Positions 8,569 to 18,321 of a DNA stretch of 29,663 nt are shown here, piece after piece. The notes beneath the pieces are model-generated. The model had not been told where the DNA came from and searched no databases. It worked only from the letters and a program-made list of their open reading frames with translations. This DNA is from Candidatus Woesearchaeota archaeon (GTDB lineage: Archaea; Nanobdellota; Nanobdellia; SCGC-AAA011-G17; GW2011-AR17). The stretch is from NCBI GenBank assembly GCA_964358335.1, contig CAYHOW010000005.1, positions 1-29,663 of the forward strand, given 5' to 3'. Position 1 is the stretch's first letter, and each line of letters starts with the position of its first letter. The position numbers were made by a program, and so were the translations under genes.

Positions 8569-9120
8569 ATGAAAAATAACGATAAAACCAATGAAAACGT
8601 GGAAGTAAAGGCAGAAACAGCCATAAAAGAAGATGCCAAGGAGACCAAGCAGGAAATCCAAGAGGAGAAGAGAGACAATGAATCAGTAGCCAAGGAATAC
8701 CTCGACCAGCTTCAAAGACTCCAAGCCGAGTTCATCAACTACAGGCAGAGGATAGACAAGGAGCGCTCAGACATCGTCAAGTTCTCAAAGGAGGAATTAG
8801 TATTAGAACTCCTAGAAGTTCTGGACAATTTCGAACGCGCCTTGGATTCGATGAAAGAGGCTGAAGACGTCAGTTCGTGCAAGCAGGGCGTCGACATGAT
8901 ATTCGTCCAGCTAAGATCAATACTAGAGAAGGAAGGGCTCAAGGCTATAAACACAGACAAGAAAACATTCAACCCGTACGAGCACGAGGCCATCTCAAAG
9001 GAGCATTCAGAAGAGGACGAAGGCACAATCATAGGCGTATTCCAGAAAGGATACAAGCTTAAAGACAAAGTGATAAGGCCGTCAAAGGTCAAGATATCAG
9101 GAGGAAAGAAAAATGAGTAA
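8569..9120 (+). CDS. grpE: nucleotide exchange factor GrpE
   Basis: Long charged coiled-coil N-terminus then GrpE core ([19 protein letters not shown]…[11 protein letters not shown]…[17 protein letters not shown]); overlaps dnaK start by 8 nt. Confidence 0.88.
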   Translation: MKNNDKTNENVEVKAETAIKEDAKETKQEIQEEKRDNESVAKEYLDQLQRLQAEFINYRQRIDKERSDIVKFSKEELVLELLEVLDNFERALDSMKEAEDVSSCKQGVDMIFVQLRSILEKEGLKAINTDKKTFNPYEHEAISKEHSEEDEGTIIGVFQKGYKLKDKVIRPSKVKISGGKKNE

Positions 9121-10924
9121 GATAATAGGAATAGATTTAGGCACAACAAATTCAGCAGTCGCAGTCCTAGAGGGTGGCGTATCCACAATCATACCTTCGG
9201 TTGAAGGAGGAAGGATAGTGCCCTCTGTGGTGAGCATAAAGAACGACGAAATAATCGTCGGCGAAGTCGCAAAGAGGCAGGCGATAGTCAATCCGAGGAA
9301 CACCATAAGATCGATTAAAAGAATCATGGGAACCAAGGAGAAGATAGAGATTGAGGGCAAGAAGTACAGCCCAGAGCAGATATCTGCCATGATACTGCAG
9401 AAGATGAAGACCGACGCGGAAGCGTACTTAGGAACTAAGCTAACAAAAGCAGTCATAACAGTCCCAGCATACTTCGGCGATGCGCAGAGGCAGGCGACGA
9501 AAGACGCAGGCAAGATAGCAGGCCTGGAAGTCTTGAGGATAGTAAACGAGCCCACCGCAGCGGCACTGGCTTATGGATTAGACAAGCAGGACAAGACGCA
9601 GACGGTACTGGTATTCGACCTCGGCGGCGGAACTTTTGATGTCTCTATCCTGGAAATGGGCGAGGGAATCTTCGAAGTCAAGTCAACATCTGGAGATAAT
9701 CACCTGGGCGGCGACGATTTCGATGATAAGATCATCGACTGGCTAGCAGCTGAGTTCAAGAAGGACAACGGCATTGACCTGAGGGAAGACCCGATGGCGC
9801 TGCAGAGACTGAAGGATGCGGCAGAGAAGGGGAAGATAGAATTGTCCTCGATGTCGCAGGTCTCGATAAACCTGCCTTTCATAACATCAGACGCTAAAGG
9901 CCCGAAGCACGTCAACGTGAACCTATCAAGGGCGAAGTTCAACGAGATGACTGCTGACCTGATTGAAAGATTAATCAAGCCGACGAAGCAGGCATTGAAG
10001 GACGCGAAGATGTCGCCCAGCGACCTGAATAAGATCCTGTTAGTGGGAGGCTCGTCAAGGATGCCTTCAGTGCAGGATAAAGTAAAAGAATTGCTGGTTC
10101 AGGACGGCGAGAAGTCAATCAATCCCGATGAGGCTGTAGCCTTGGGCGCAGCTATCCAGGCAGGTATACTTGGCGGAGAGATAAAGGATATTTTATTGTT
10201 AGACGTCACGCCTTTAAGCTTGGGCATCGAAACTTTAGGCGGAGTCTGCACCAAACTTATCCAGAGGAACACCACAATCCCGACGAAGAAGACGCAGGTG
10301 TTCTCGACGGCATCAGACAACCAGACGGCAGTGACAATCAATATCCTCCAAGGCGAGAGGGAGATGGCAGGCGACAACAAGTCGCTGGGCAGGTTCGACC
10401 TTGTAGGGTTACCGCCCGCGCCGAGGGGCTTGCCCCAGATAGAGGTCACGTTCGACATCGACGCAAACGGCATAGTCAACGTCTCAGCCAAGGACACAGG
10501 CACCGGCAAGGAGCAGAGGATAACCGTCACCGGCGGCTCAGGGCTTTCGGACAAGGACATCGAGAAGATGGTCAAGGAGGCGGAAGAGAACGCTGAAGAG
10601 GACAAGAGGAAGAAGGAGGCCATCGACACTAGGAACGAGGCTGACTCCATAGTCTACAGCGCCGAGAAGACGCTGAAAGAGTACGGCGACAAGGTCGGCA
10701 AGGAAATCAAGGACAAGATAGAGGAGAAGATAAACGCGCTGAAAGAGTCCATGAAGTCCGACGACGTCGATAAGATGAAGAAGGGCATCGAGGATGTCAA
10801 CAAGACGCTCCAGGAGATAGGCCAGAAGATATACCAGCAGGCGCAGCAGCATCAGCAGGAGCAGAAGTCCGAGAAGAAGGGCAAAGTCGTCGATGCGGAA
10901 TACGAGGAAGAGGGGAAAGAATAA
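9113..10924 (+). CDS. dnaK: molecular chaperone DnaK (Hsp70)
   Basis: [37 protein letters not shown] Hsp70 signatures; full 603 aa with C-terminal lid and EEEGKE tail; T-rich tract after stop. Confidence 0.95.
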   Translation: MSKIIGIDLGTTNSAVAVLEGGVSTIIPSVEGGRIVPSVVSIKNDEIIVGEVAKRQAIVNPRNTIRSIKRIMGTKEKIEIEGKKYSPEQISAMILQKMKTDAEAYLGTKLTKAVITVPAYFGDAQRQATKDAGKIAGLEVLRIVNEPTAAALAYGLDKQDKTQTVLVFDLGGGTFDVSILEMGEGIFEVKSTSGDNHLGGDDFDDKIIDWLAAEFKKDNGIDLREDPMALQRLKDAAEKGKIELSSMSQVSINLPFITSDAKGPKHVNVNLSRAKFNEMTADLIERLIKPTKQALKDAKMSPSDLNKILLVGGSSRMPSVQDKVKELLVQDGEKSINPDEAVALGAAIQAGILGGEIKDILLLDVTPLSLGIETLGGVCTKLIQRNTTIPTKKTQVFSTASDNQTAVTINILQGEREMAGDNKSLGRFDLVGLPPAPRGLPQIEVTFDIDANGIVNVSAKDTGTGKEQRITVTGGSGLSDKDIEKMVKEAEENAEEDKRKKEAIDTRNEADSIVYSAEKTLKEYGDKVGKEIKDKIEEKINALKESMKSDDVDKMKKGIEDVNKTLQEIGQKIYQQAQQHQQEQKSEKKGKVVDAEYEEEGKE

Positions 10925-10937
10925 ATACCTCTTCACC

Positions 10938-10950
10938 TTTTTTTATTTAT
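10938..10950 (+). terminator. oligo-T tract after dnaK stop
   Basis: ctttttttatttat immediately 3' of TAA 10922-10924. Confidence 0.3.
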
Positions 10951-10951
10951 T

Positions 10952-11575
10952 ATGATACCGACATTAATGAAATGCCACGAATTGCAAGATAGGTATAATA
11001 TGATGTCTACCTCGAAGATACATGCTGGAAAGATAAGGGACATCTCATTGGACTTAGTCAGCAGATTAAAGCATAAAGGATATAATTTAGACGAAGAAGT
11101 CATGGAAGCTTCCGCATTGCTGCACGACATAACAAAGGTCCATCAGATAATTTCCGAAGCTGTAGAAAGCAACGATGTGGGCGAGCTGAACAGGCATATT
11201 AATTTAGTCCCGAATTCATTCTCGGACATATATGCGCAGATGATGTGGATGAGGAGGCAGTTCGCATTGCCCGACAACGTCGAGCACGCCGAGTCAGGCT
11301 GCCATCTTCTCACTTATTTAGGGTACGGGGAGATAGGCGGCATAATCAGGCGGCACAACGACCCTATTGTGGAAATAAGCGAAAGAGCCATATTATGCTA
11401 TTCTGACAGGATAGTCTCGTTGGACATCGTGCCTCTCGAAGAGAGGTTCAGGTACATCTACAGGAAGTACGGCGACAAGAGCGAGCTCTATAATAGCTCG
11501 AAGGAATTGGAAAGGCTTTTATTGTCAACGGCAGGCATAACGTTCGAGGAGTTGGAGAGGATGCACCATGGCTAA
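10952..11575 (+). CDS. HD-domain phosphohydrolase-like protein, inserted between dnaK and dnaJ
   Basis: H…HD motif ([10 protein letters not shown]) followed by downstream His/Asp positions ([13 protein letters not shown]); overlaps dnaJ start by 8 nt so co-transcribed. Confidence 0.6.
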   Translation: MIPTLMKCHELQDRYNMMSTSKIHAGKIRDISLDLVSRLKHKGYNLDEEVMEASALLHDITKVHQIISEAVESNDVGELNRHINLVPNSFSDIYAQMMWMRRQFALPDNVEHAESGCHLLTYLGYGEIGGIIRRHNDPIVEISERAILCYSDRIVSLDIVPLEERFRYIYRKYGDKSELYNSSKELERLLLSTAGITFEELERMHHG

Positions 11576-12674
11576 GGACTATTACAGGATCCTTGGCGTG
11601 GACAAGAATGCGTCCAAGGAAGATATCAAGAAGGCCTACAAGATTCTGGCAAAGAAGCACCATCCCGACCTTAACAAGGAATCGGGCTCTGCCGAGAAGT
11701 TCAAGGAGATAAACGAGGCTTATTCTGCGCTGAGCGATGACACTAAGAGGTCCAACTATGACAGGTTCGGGGATTCGGGAGAGCAATATTCGGGTTTCCA
11801 GGGCGGTAATTTCAATGACGAGATGTTCAATGACATGTTCGACAACTTCTTCGAAGGAAGCATATTCGGCGGCCAGAAGAGGGGCAGAAGAAAGGGCGCA
11901 GACCTGAAATACGAGATGGAAATCGCTTTCGAGGAGGCTGCATTCGGCACCAAGAAGAAGATAGACATAACCAAGTTAGGCAAGTGCGACAAGTGCGGCG
12001 GCACAGGCGCAGAAGACGGGAAAGTAACGGCTTGCGACGCATGCAGCGGCGCAGGACACATAAGGCAGCAGTTCAGGACGCCGTTCGGCATGATACAGCA
12101 GTCTGTAGTATGCGGAAGGTGCAGGGGAAGCGGCAAGATGGCGAAGAGCGCATGCAAGGAATGCGGTGGCAAGGGCAGGAAGAAAGTGTCAAGGTCAATA
12201 ACAATATCCATACCTGCGGGCGTTGACAATGGCTCGACGCTGAGGGTGTCAGGCGAAGGCGAGGCCGGCGAGCAGGGAGGCAGCGAGGGCGACTTGTATG
12301 TAGAGGTTTACGTCAAGCCCCATCCCATATTCGAGAGGGAAGGCAACGACATAACATTGGAGCTTCCGATAAGCTTCGCGCAGGCGGCGCTGGGCGACGA
12401 GGTCAAGGTCCCGACGCTGGAAGGCGACGTCACGATGAAAGTTCCCGCAGGCACGCAGTCGCATTCTCTGTTCAGATTGAAAGCTAAGGGCATACCATAT
12501 TTAGACGGCTACGGCAGGGGCGACGAGATAGTCAGGCTGATAGTCAAGACTCCCAAGTCATTGTCGCAGAAGCAAAAGAAATTATTGCACGAGTTCGCTG
12601 AAGATAATAAAGAAAGCCTAAAAATAGAGAAAGGTTTTTTCGACAAGGTTAGGGACGCTCTAATCTCTGACTAA
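11568..12674 (+). CDS. dnaJ: co-chaperone DnaJ (J domain, G/F region, CxxCxGxG zinc finger, C-terminal domains)
   Basis: [31 protein letters not shown] (HPD tripeptide); four CxxCxGxG repeats ([32 protein letters not shown]). Confidence 0.92.
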   Translation: MAKDYYRILGVDKNASKEDIKKAYKILAKKHHPDLNKESGSAEKFKEINEAYSALSDDTKRSNYDRFGDSGEQYSGFQGGNFNDEMFNDMFDNFFEGSIFGGQKRGRRKGADLKYEMEIAFEEAAFGTKKKIDITKLGKCDKCGGTGAEDGKVTACDACSGAGHIRQQFRTPFGMIQQSVVCGRCRGSGKMAKSACKECGGKGRKKVSRSITISIPAGVDNGSTLRVSGEGEAGEQGGSEGDLYVEVYVKPHPIFEREGNDITLELPISFAQAALGDEVKVPTLEGDVTMKVPAGTQSHSLFRLKAKGIPYLDGYGRGDEIVRLIVKTPKSLSQKQKKLLHEFAEDNKESLKIEKGFFDKVRDALISD

Positions 12675-13485
12675 TACTCTCATAGAACCTTATTGCTTCT
12701 TCTAAAGCAACTATGTGCGAGCCAGTAGCGCACTTATTGTTCATGTACGAGCTTGGCGCGACAAGGACCAATGCAGGTATGTTCCGTTCCTGGCACGCAA
12801 AAGCGAACTGGTTTCTCGTCCTGAACACCAAGTTTCCTTCCTCAACGAAACCCTGGAACACTACACCAGGCGAAGTCACGATGTGCCCGTCTCCCAAGTC
12901 TCCATCCTTAGGGTTAAGCAGGTGTACATTTTCCTGCATAAGCTTGTTAGCTAGCGAACCGCCAACGTCTTTAGCCTCCGGGAACAAGAATTTAAGCCTA
13001 TTCGTGCCATCATCTTCAGATTGGAGCGTGGTCAGCTGATAGAACATGAAATATCCGTTCAATGAAGGAGCCTCTTCAGCGAAAGCCTCAGTCAGAAGCA
13101 AAGCCAAGTTATACTTTTTGGAATCAAGCAAATTCAATAAGGAACTGACTTGGACAGGCTTGTCAGTTTCAAGGTAAGCAGAATCTAAGTATTTCTTGTT
13201 GCCTAAAGTGCATCCGATAGACGTCCTTGTGCCCGGATACCCTTCGGTGTCAAGCACAGGCACCATATCGACAGAAGTATGTGCTGGCTGTTTGAGCCTA
13301 AGCTTGTCAGCCACATAAAGCATCGCGTTAGTCCCAGAGACCTTGTCGCCGTGCTCAGCGCCGATGACTAATATCTTATACATTTCTTCCTTGGCAGGGA
13401 ACTGCAAGAATGGCAAAACGCCGTAACTGAAACTGTTGCCATACTCCTTCTGGAGTTTAGAAACCAAATCATTCATGATAAACAC
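12649..13485 (-). CDS. putative zinc hydrolase of the M14 / AstE-AspA (succinylglutamate desuccinylase–aspartoacylase) fold, tentative; last gene of the prkA operon
   Basis: [16 protein letters not shown] resembles the N-terminal G-x-H-G-x-E Zn-binding block of AstE/AspA/M14 proteins (E/H order atypical); later His at …GSHIVALEE; 38-bp spacing from clpP-like gene; 3' end overlaps dnaJ 3' end convergently. Confidence 0.4.
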   Translation of the reverse strand: MFIMNDLVSKLQKEYGNSFSYGVLPFLQFPAKEEMYKILVIGAEHGDKVSGTNAMLYVADKLRLKQPAHTSVDMVPVLDTEGYPGTRTSIGCTLGNKKYLDSAYLETDKPVQVSSLLNLLDSKKYNLALLLTEAFAEEAPSLNGYFMFYQLTTLQSEDDGTNRLKFLFPEAKDVGGSLANKLMQENVHLLNPKDGDLGDGHIVTSPGVVFQGFVEEGNLVFRTRNQFAFACQERNIPALVLVAPSSYMNNKCATGSHIVALEEAIRFYESISQRLERP

Positions 13486-13523
13486 CTCATTATATTCTAA
13501 AGCATTAGGGTATATTAAGCTTT

Positions 13524-14294
13524 TTACTTGCTCAGTTTCCCTTTGCCTTCGATAATTCCGTCGATTATGCCAAGCTTAACAGCTTGTTCGGCTGTCATGA
13601 ACCTGTCTTTCTGGAGCCACTTCTTGAACCAGACTTTTAGCTCAGCATCATCCATCTTTTTAGGTTTCATGTCAGTGACATGGTCCATATCTGTCTCTCC
13701 TCCGAACTGGTGGAAGTATCCATCTTTATCTCTATTGATATGCTTGAGGTATATGTCAATGAACCTGCTGAAAAGATCATTGATGTAATCGTTCTGCACC
13801 AGCATATCGCTAAGCCTTCCGCCAGTACCCCCACTGGCCTCATGCAGCATTATTGTGGCATTCGGCAAAGCATATCTTTTTCCTTTTGCGCCAGCGGCCA
13901 AGAACATGCTGGCCATGCTTCCGGCCATGCCTGTGACCACGGTGGAAACATCAGACTTTATGTGCTGCATGGTATCATAGACCACAAGCCCCTCTGTAAC
14001 CATTCCGCCGGGGCTGTTGATATACATGACTATGTCCCTATTGTCTTCCTTGCCCATCGAATCTAAAGCGAGCATTTGTTCCATGGCGGACTCGGAAGTC
14101 CCGGTGTCTACCATGCCCGTGAACATAATTATCCTCTGCCTGAACAGCAGCGACCTAGGCGAATATCTGGCAGAGCTGTCATACATGTACACGCCACCTT
14201 CTTGGGAGCACGAACGCGCATGGCCGCCCTCTAATTTATCTGCCAAGTCTTTTGGTCCCCAGTAGGGACCGGATTGAAAAATTCTTACAGCCAT
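13524..14294 (-). CDS. ClpP-family serine protease (Clp proteolytic subunit homolog) with N-terminal extension and C-terminal insertion
   Basis: Collinear with ClpP: RIIMFTG…DIVMYINSPGGMVTEGLVVYDTMQHIKSDVSTVVTGMAGSMASMFLAAGAKGKRYALPNATIMLHEASGG…DRFMTAEQAVKLGIID; Ser (GSMAS), His (LHEASGG) and Asp (DRFMTA) of the triad conserved; GGAGGA SD 5 nt upstream. Confidence 0.8.
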   Translation of the reverse strand: MAVRIFQSGPYWGPKDLADKLEGGHARSCSQEGGVYMYDSSARYSPRSLLFRQRIIMFTGMVDTGTSESAMEQMLALDSMGKEDNRDIVMYINSPGGMVTEGLVVYDTMQHIKSDVSTVVTGMAGSMASMFLAAGAKGKRYALPNATIMLHEASGGTGGRLSDMLVQNDYINDLFSRFIDIYLKHINRDKDGYFHQFGGETDMDHVTDMKPKKMDDAELKVWFKKWLQKDRFMTAEQAVKLGIIDGIIEGKGKLSK

Positions 14295-14312
14295 TTTTAG
14301 TCCTCCATATTA

Positions 14313-16715
14313 CTAAATGTCCACGTTACTAAAGTCCCACATCAAGTCGAAGAACACATACTCCAATGCTGACTTTGCGCATTTGTCGCAGTACAGCGCC
14401 TTCTTCTTGAGGTTAGTTATTATCCTATCTATCTCCTTTCTTGCAGGCGGATTAATTGACTGGTCCTTCTTGGTGCCTATCCATTGTACGCTCCTCCGCA
14501 ACTCTTCAGGAGTCACTTCCATCTTCTTGATTGCTCCCTTAAGCAATGAGTCATATATGAACTGATAATAGTCATCAAAAAGTTCAGTCACGTCAAGCTG
14601 AGGGATATTATCATATCCTTCTTCTTCTGCCTTAGTCCGAGCTTCCCTGTAGTCCACAGCCAGTTCCAATACAACGTCGCGCCTATGGCTTTCCCTCTGC
14701 TCAAGCATGGAAAACACGCCAATTAAGTCTTCAAGCCAGTTCATCTTCTTCTCGCTTGGCGGCTCATATTCCTTTGTTATCGGGTTGTATACAGTACTAT
14801 TCTCAGCCCAAGCCTGCACGTGAGTTACATACTCGATAATGTTCTTGTCGAGCTCTTCCTTTGGCATGCCTACTATTGCCCACTGCACGTCCTGCTGCAC
14901 TGCAGCATCATACTCATTTATTGCGCTTTCAAGCAAATGTCGTATGTTAAGGTACTTTTTCTCTTCCTTCTTGCTGTAAGTTAAAGCGCCAGGTATCCCG
15001 GACTCAACTATCTTTTCCAATTTTGCCTTGAAATCATTTATGCCGAGGCATACGCACTTCTTGGTCCTGCACTCGATGTCTTCCTTATATCCTATTACGT
15101 CAGTGATAAGGTCCATTATCCTTCTTGGAGATATTCCCGCCATGCCTTCTTTCTCATAGACAACGCCATCTTTTGTGATCTTGACCCCCTGAAGTGGATT
15201 ATGCTCTTCCCTGAGCAACTTTTTTATCATCGGCGCAACAATAAGCTTCTTCTCATAAGTTGCAAGTCCCAAAGGCATCTTGTCGTCGTATATCATTGCC
15301 TTCTGTATTGGAGAGAGATCCTTGATGATATCAAGGGTGTCTTTGTCAGCGCCATTTTCCTTATAGTATTCAGGGCTTGGCTTGTATAGCCTTGTCAGCA
15401 CAGCGAATAACGCAACAAAATCCCTTATGTGTGGCATGATATGCTTATGGTCGCCATGCTCAGGATCCTCGCTGTAACCGGCTTCCTTGAATTTTGATAG
15501 GTATATCTGCTTCTCGTCGGAAATTTTTATTAGGTAAGGGATGTCAAAGGAGCGAGTCCTGTCAAGGAGCGCCTTGTTGATGGCGTCCATCCTTACGGAA
15601 CTAAACCCTTCAATATTTGTGGTGCCTATTATAAGTGTGTCAACTGTTGCCTGCACGCCGTTGAAGTCCTGAATATGCTCCTGGACGGCGGAAAGAAGGT
15701 TGTTGTGCTTAGAGTCTCTCATGAACATATCGCTGAAATGCAGTATGCCCCTGTTGGCATCAACCCATTTGCCTTCAAACTGGTGAAGTGATATGCCGGG
15801 GAAAAGTTCAGCCAGATTCTGGTATGATGCGCCTTCCCTGACAAGCAACTTTGCATTGCCTTCGACGTTCTGGACGGGCTGGACGGTTGCTGCGCCAATC
15901 TGCTCAATCTCAGACACTAGCAGCCTAAGAACTTGGATGTGGTTAAGTACCTTGCCAATGTCACCGTCGTACTTGTCTAGGAGCCTATCATAGATGGTCT
16001 GGCAGTTCTTGCACAATTCATTCTCCAGAAGAATCTTAGGTATGACCACATCCTTGTGGCCGTCATTGACAACTTCCTCAAGATACTTTCTCCTTTTGTC
16101 CTTGGGTATAAGCATTAGCGGATGGTCGTTCATCTGGCAAGGCACCCTGATGAAAAGGTCCTCATCTGCTAGGTGCGCAAGCGACTTAGTATTATTAGAA
16201 TGGTCATGCGGAAGGTTAAATCCGATATTCTCCATGAAACTGTCCTCTACAAAGACCCAATCGAAAGTGTATATGCCCCCGTTACTGGTCCTTGAATAAT
16301 GCTGAAGACCGTTTATCAGAAGTCTTATTATAGAAGTCTTTGCCGTGCCCTGCGGGCCATGGAGAATGATTATCCTCTCATCGCCACCTTTGTTTGCGGT
16401 AGTTTCGATATAATTTACTATTGCTGACACCTGCCTGTCAAGCCCGAAGACAGAATGCTTGCCTAACTCGGAACTTATCTCCCTATCGAAAGGATCATCG
16501 AAGAGCTCGTACCTGATTATCTTCTCTCCGCAGTCAATAATATCGCGTGTGCCAAAATAGTTAATCATGTCTGATATCATCTGGAAAGCGGTCCTTGTGT
16601 AATTGTAAGGATTCATCTCAAGCTTGTGCAGGAATTCGTCGAACGACGCGACATACTTCCTTGCGGCATACTCTTCCCGAACTTCATTCTTTATTACGCT
16701 GAACTTGGTTGCCAT
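14313..16715 (-). CDS. prkA: PrkA-family serine protein kinase (AAA ATPase + PrkA C-terminal domain), paralog 1
   Basis: Walker A ILHGPQGTAKTS, PrkA-typical blocks (CQMNDHPLMLIPKDKRR, FSDMFMRDSK, LIIGTTNIEGF, ALLDRTR); start set to Met 16715 (MATKF…; AGGAGA SD upstream) because the longer ORF (to 16775) would overlap spoVR by 44 nt. Confidence 0.85.
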   Translation of the reverse strand: MATKFSVIKNEVREEYAARKYVASFDEFLHKLEMNPYNYTRTAFQMISDMINYFGTRDIIDCGEKIIRYELFDDPFDREISSELGKHSVFGLDRQVSAIVNYIETTANKGGDERIIILHGPQGTAKTSIIRLLINGLQHYSRTSNGGIYTFDWVFVEDSFMENIGFNLPHDHSNNTKSLAHLADEDLFIRVPCQMNDHPLMLIPKDKRRKYLEEVVNDGHKDVVIPKILLENELCKNCQTIYDRLLDKYDGDIGKVLNHIQVLRLLVSEIEQIGAATVQPVQNVEGNAKLLVREGASYQNLAELFPGISLHQFEGKWVDANRGILHFSDMFMRDSKHNNLLSAVQEHIQDFNGVQATVDTLIIGTTNIEGFSSVRMDAINKALLDRTRSFDIPYLIKISDEKQIYLSKFKEAGYSEDPEHGDHKHIMPHIRDFVALFAVLTRLYKPSPEYYKENGADKDTLDIIKDLSPIQKAMIYDDKMPLGLATYEKKLIVAPMIKKLLREEHNPLQGVKITKDGVVYEKEGMAGISPRRIMDLITDVIGYKEDIECRTKKCVCLGINDFKAKLEKIVESGIPGALTYSKKEEKKYLNIRHLLESAINEYDAAVQQDVQWAIVGMPKEELDKNIIEYVTHVQAWAENSTVYNPITKEYEPPSEKKMNWLEDLIGVFSMLEQRESHRRDVVLELAVDYREARTKAEEEGYDNIPQLDVTELFDDYYQFIYDSLLKGAIKKMEVTPEELRRSVQWIGTKKDQSINPPARKEIDRIITNLKKKALYCDKCAKSALEYVFFDLMWDFSNVDI

Positions 16716-16731
16716 TTTGTTTTTGGTCTCC

Positions 16732-18321
16732 TTATCTCCTTTTAAGGTCCTTGGTCTTAATGTCCTTTCCGTCATAAGTTATAATGACTGGCTTGCCACC
16801 TTCCCTTGTGGCTATATGGACAGTCCTGCCCCACACCTTGAATATGTTCTTCAGGGTCCTGTCCCTCTTGTCTGTCTCGAGAATAGTCTCATCATAAGAC
16901 TTATGGAAAAGCAACAATTCTCTGGAGTTTCCGAAGTTACCATTAATGACCTCAATCACCGGCTCGCCACAGTTAACTAGGGGCGCCATTATAGAGTCCC
17001 TTATCTTTTCAGGGTCCCTGTCATTGATTTTGTACCAGTTGTCCCTTTTGTCCAAGGAAAAATTATAGAACTGCTTCCTTTCAATCAAGTCAGGAGTGAA
17101 GAAAGTTCTTAGGAACTCATAGTCGTCCATGGTGTCCCTCACTTCGAACATCTTCTTCATGCCTTCTCCAGCCTTAGTGTCCCAATTCATTCTCTTCTCA
17201 GCATTGGTCTCACGTTCGAAATTGATTCCATGCCTTCCAGTGTCCCAGCATTCCTTGATATCCTGCCAAATCATGTAGCCGATATAGTAAGGGTTGACCG
17301 AGCCAGGAGCAGTAGCCAATACACTAGCATTTACCTTGCAGTACTGTATGACATCATCCCTAGCGAAACCTAGGTCTTCCATGAACTTCCTGTGCCAGTA
17401 GACAGCCCATCCTTCGTTCATTATCTTGGTCTTCCTTTGCGGAAGGAAATAATAAAACTCGTCCCTGATTATTGAAAGTATATCCCTCTGCCACGGAGTC
17501 ATGCCTTCTCCGTGCTGTATCAGGAACCTCAGGACGTCCCTCTGCGGTATTTTAGGGAACCTATCATTTGCCTTCTCATTGTCAGCGTCAATCTTCTTCA
17601 TCTCATCTATGAAATCCTGGGGATTGATGAAAGGGTCCATGTAAGGACTGCTTATCCTGAGCCTGTACTCGAGATTTTTTTGTTCTTCTTCCACTGTGCT
17701 GTCGCAACATCCGTGGTCGCCACTGCACTTATGGTCTTCGCTACAGCGGCCGCACCCCTTTTTATTTTGTATTACGGGGCTGCCGTCTTCCAGAGGCCTG
17801 AGGTCCAGATATGAAGCATCATAATCAATGAGGTTTTCGAGAGATATAGCAATCTCGATGAACTTCTCGACCTCTTCATACCCGAACTTCTGCTGGTAGA
17901 ACCTTATCATCTCGGCATGGTCTGACATGACATTATGCATGTTCCTGTTAGTCCTTGAGAATAGGTAATTGTTCTTGAAGAAATCCGCATGGCCGTAGAC
18001 ATGCGAGATAACCATCTTCTGTATGACCTGCGGGCTGGTCTCCAAAAGATAAGCTATGCTGGGATTGGTATTTATCACAAGCTCGTATATGTGCGAGAGC
18101 CCATAGCCCTGCTGCTTCTCATAATATTTCTGCTGCATGCCGAAGTACCAGTGCGGGAACCTCTTAGGCATTCCGACGTACGACGTTACTTCCATAAGCG
18201 TATCGAAGTCAACCATGACGAAATGGACAGGAAAATAATCCAGCTTGAACTCATTCCTTGCTATCATATCCATCTCTTTGCTTGCTTCTTTCAATTCTTC
18301 AGTAAGTGGCCCTTGTTTCAT
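16732..18321 (-). CDS. spoVR: SpoVR/YcgB-family protein
   Basis: SpoVR hallmarks: HVYGHADFFKNN, NEGWAVYWH, long conserved C-terminal region; contains a Cys/His-rich insert (GCGRCSEDHKCSGDHGCCDS). Confidence 0.85.
   Translation of the reverse strand: MKQGPLTEELKEASKEMDMIARNEFKLDYFPVHFVMVDFDTLMEVTSYVGMPKRFPHWYFGMQQKYYEKQQGYGLSHIYELVINTNPSIAYLLETSPQVIQKMVISHVYGHADFFKNNYLFSRTNRNMHNVMSDHAEMIRFYQQKFGYEEVEKFIEIAISLENLIDYDASYLDLRPLEDGSPVIQNKKGCGRCSEDHKCSGDHGCCDSTVEEEQKNLEYRLRISSPYMDPFINPQDFIDEMKKIDADNEKANDRFPKIPQRDVLRFLIQHGEGMTPWQRDILSIIRDEFYYFLPQRKTKIMNEGWAVYWHRKFMEDLGFARDDVIQYCKVNASVLATAPGSVNPYYIGYMIWQDIKECWDTGRHGINFERETNAEKRMNWDTKAGEGMKKMFEVRDTMDDYEFLRTFFTPDLIERKQFYNFSLDKRDNWYKINDRDPEKIRDSIMAPLVNCGEPVIEVINGNFGNSRELLLFHKSYDETILETDKRDRTLKNIFKVWGRTVHIATREGGKPVIITYDGKDIKTKDLKRR

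Noticed and set aside
10099-10936. Minus-strand ORFs of 183 and 132 aa inside dnaK
   Set aside because: Shadow ORFs antisense to a confidently identified Hsp70 gene; Leu/Ser-rich nonsense composition.
11756-12493. Several minus- and plus-strand ORFs of 61–157 aa
   Set aside because: All are embedded in dnaJ in other frames or on the other strand; Arg/Cys/Pro-rich shadow translations.
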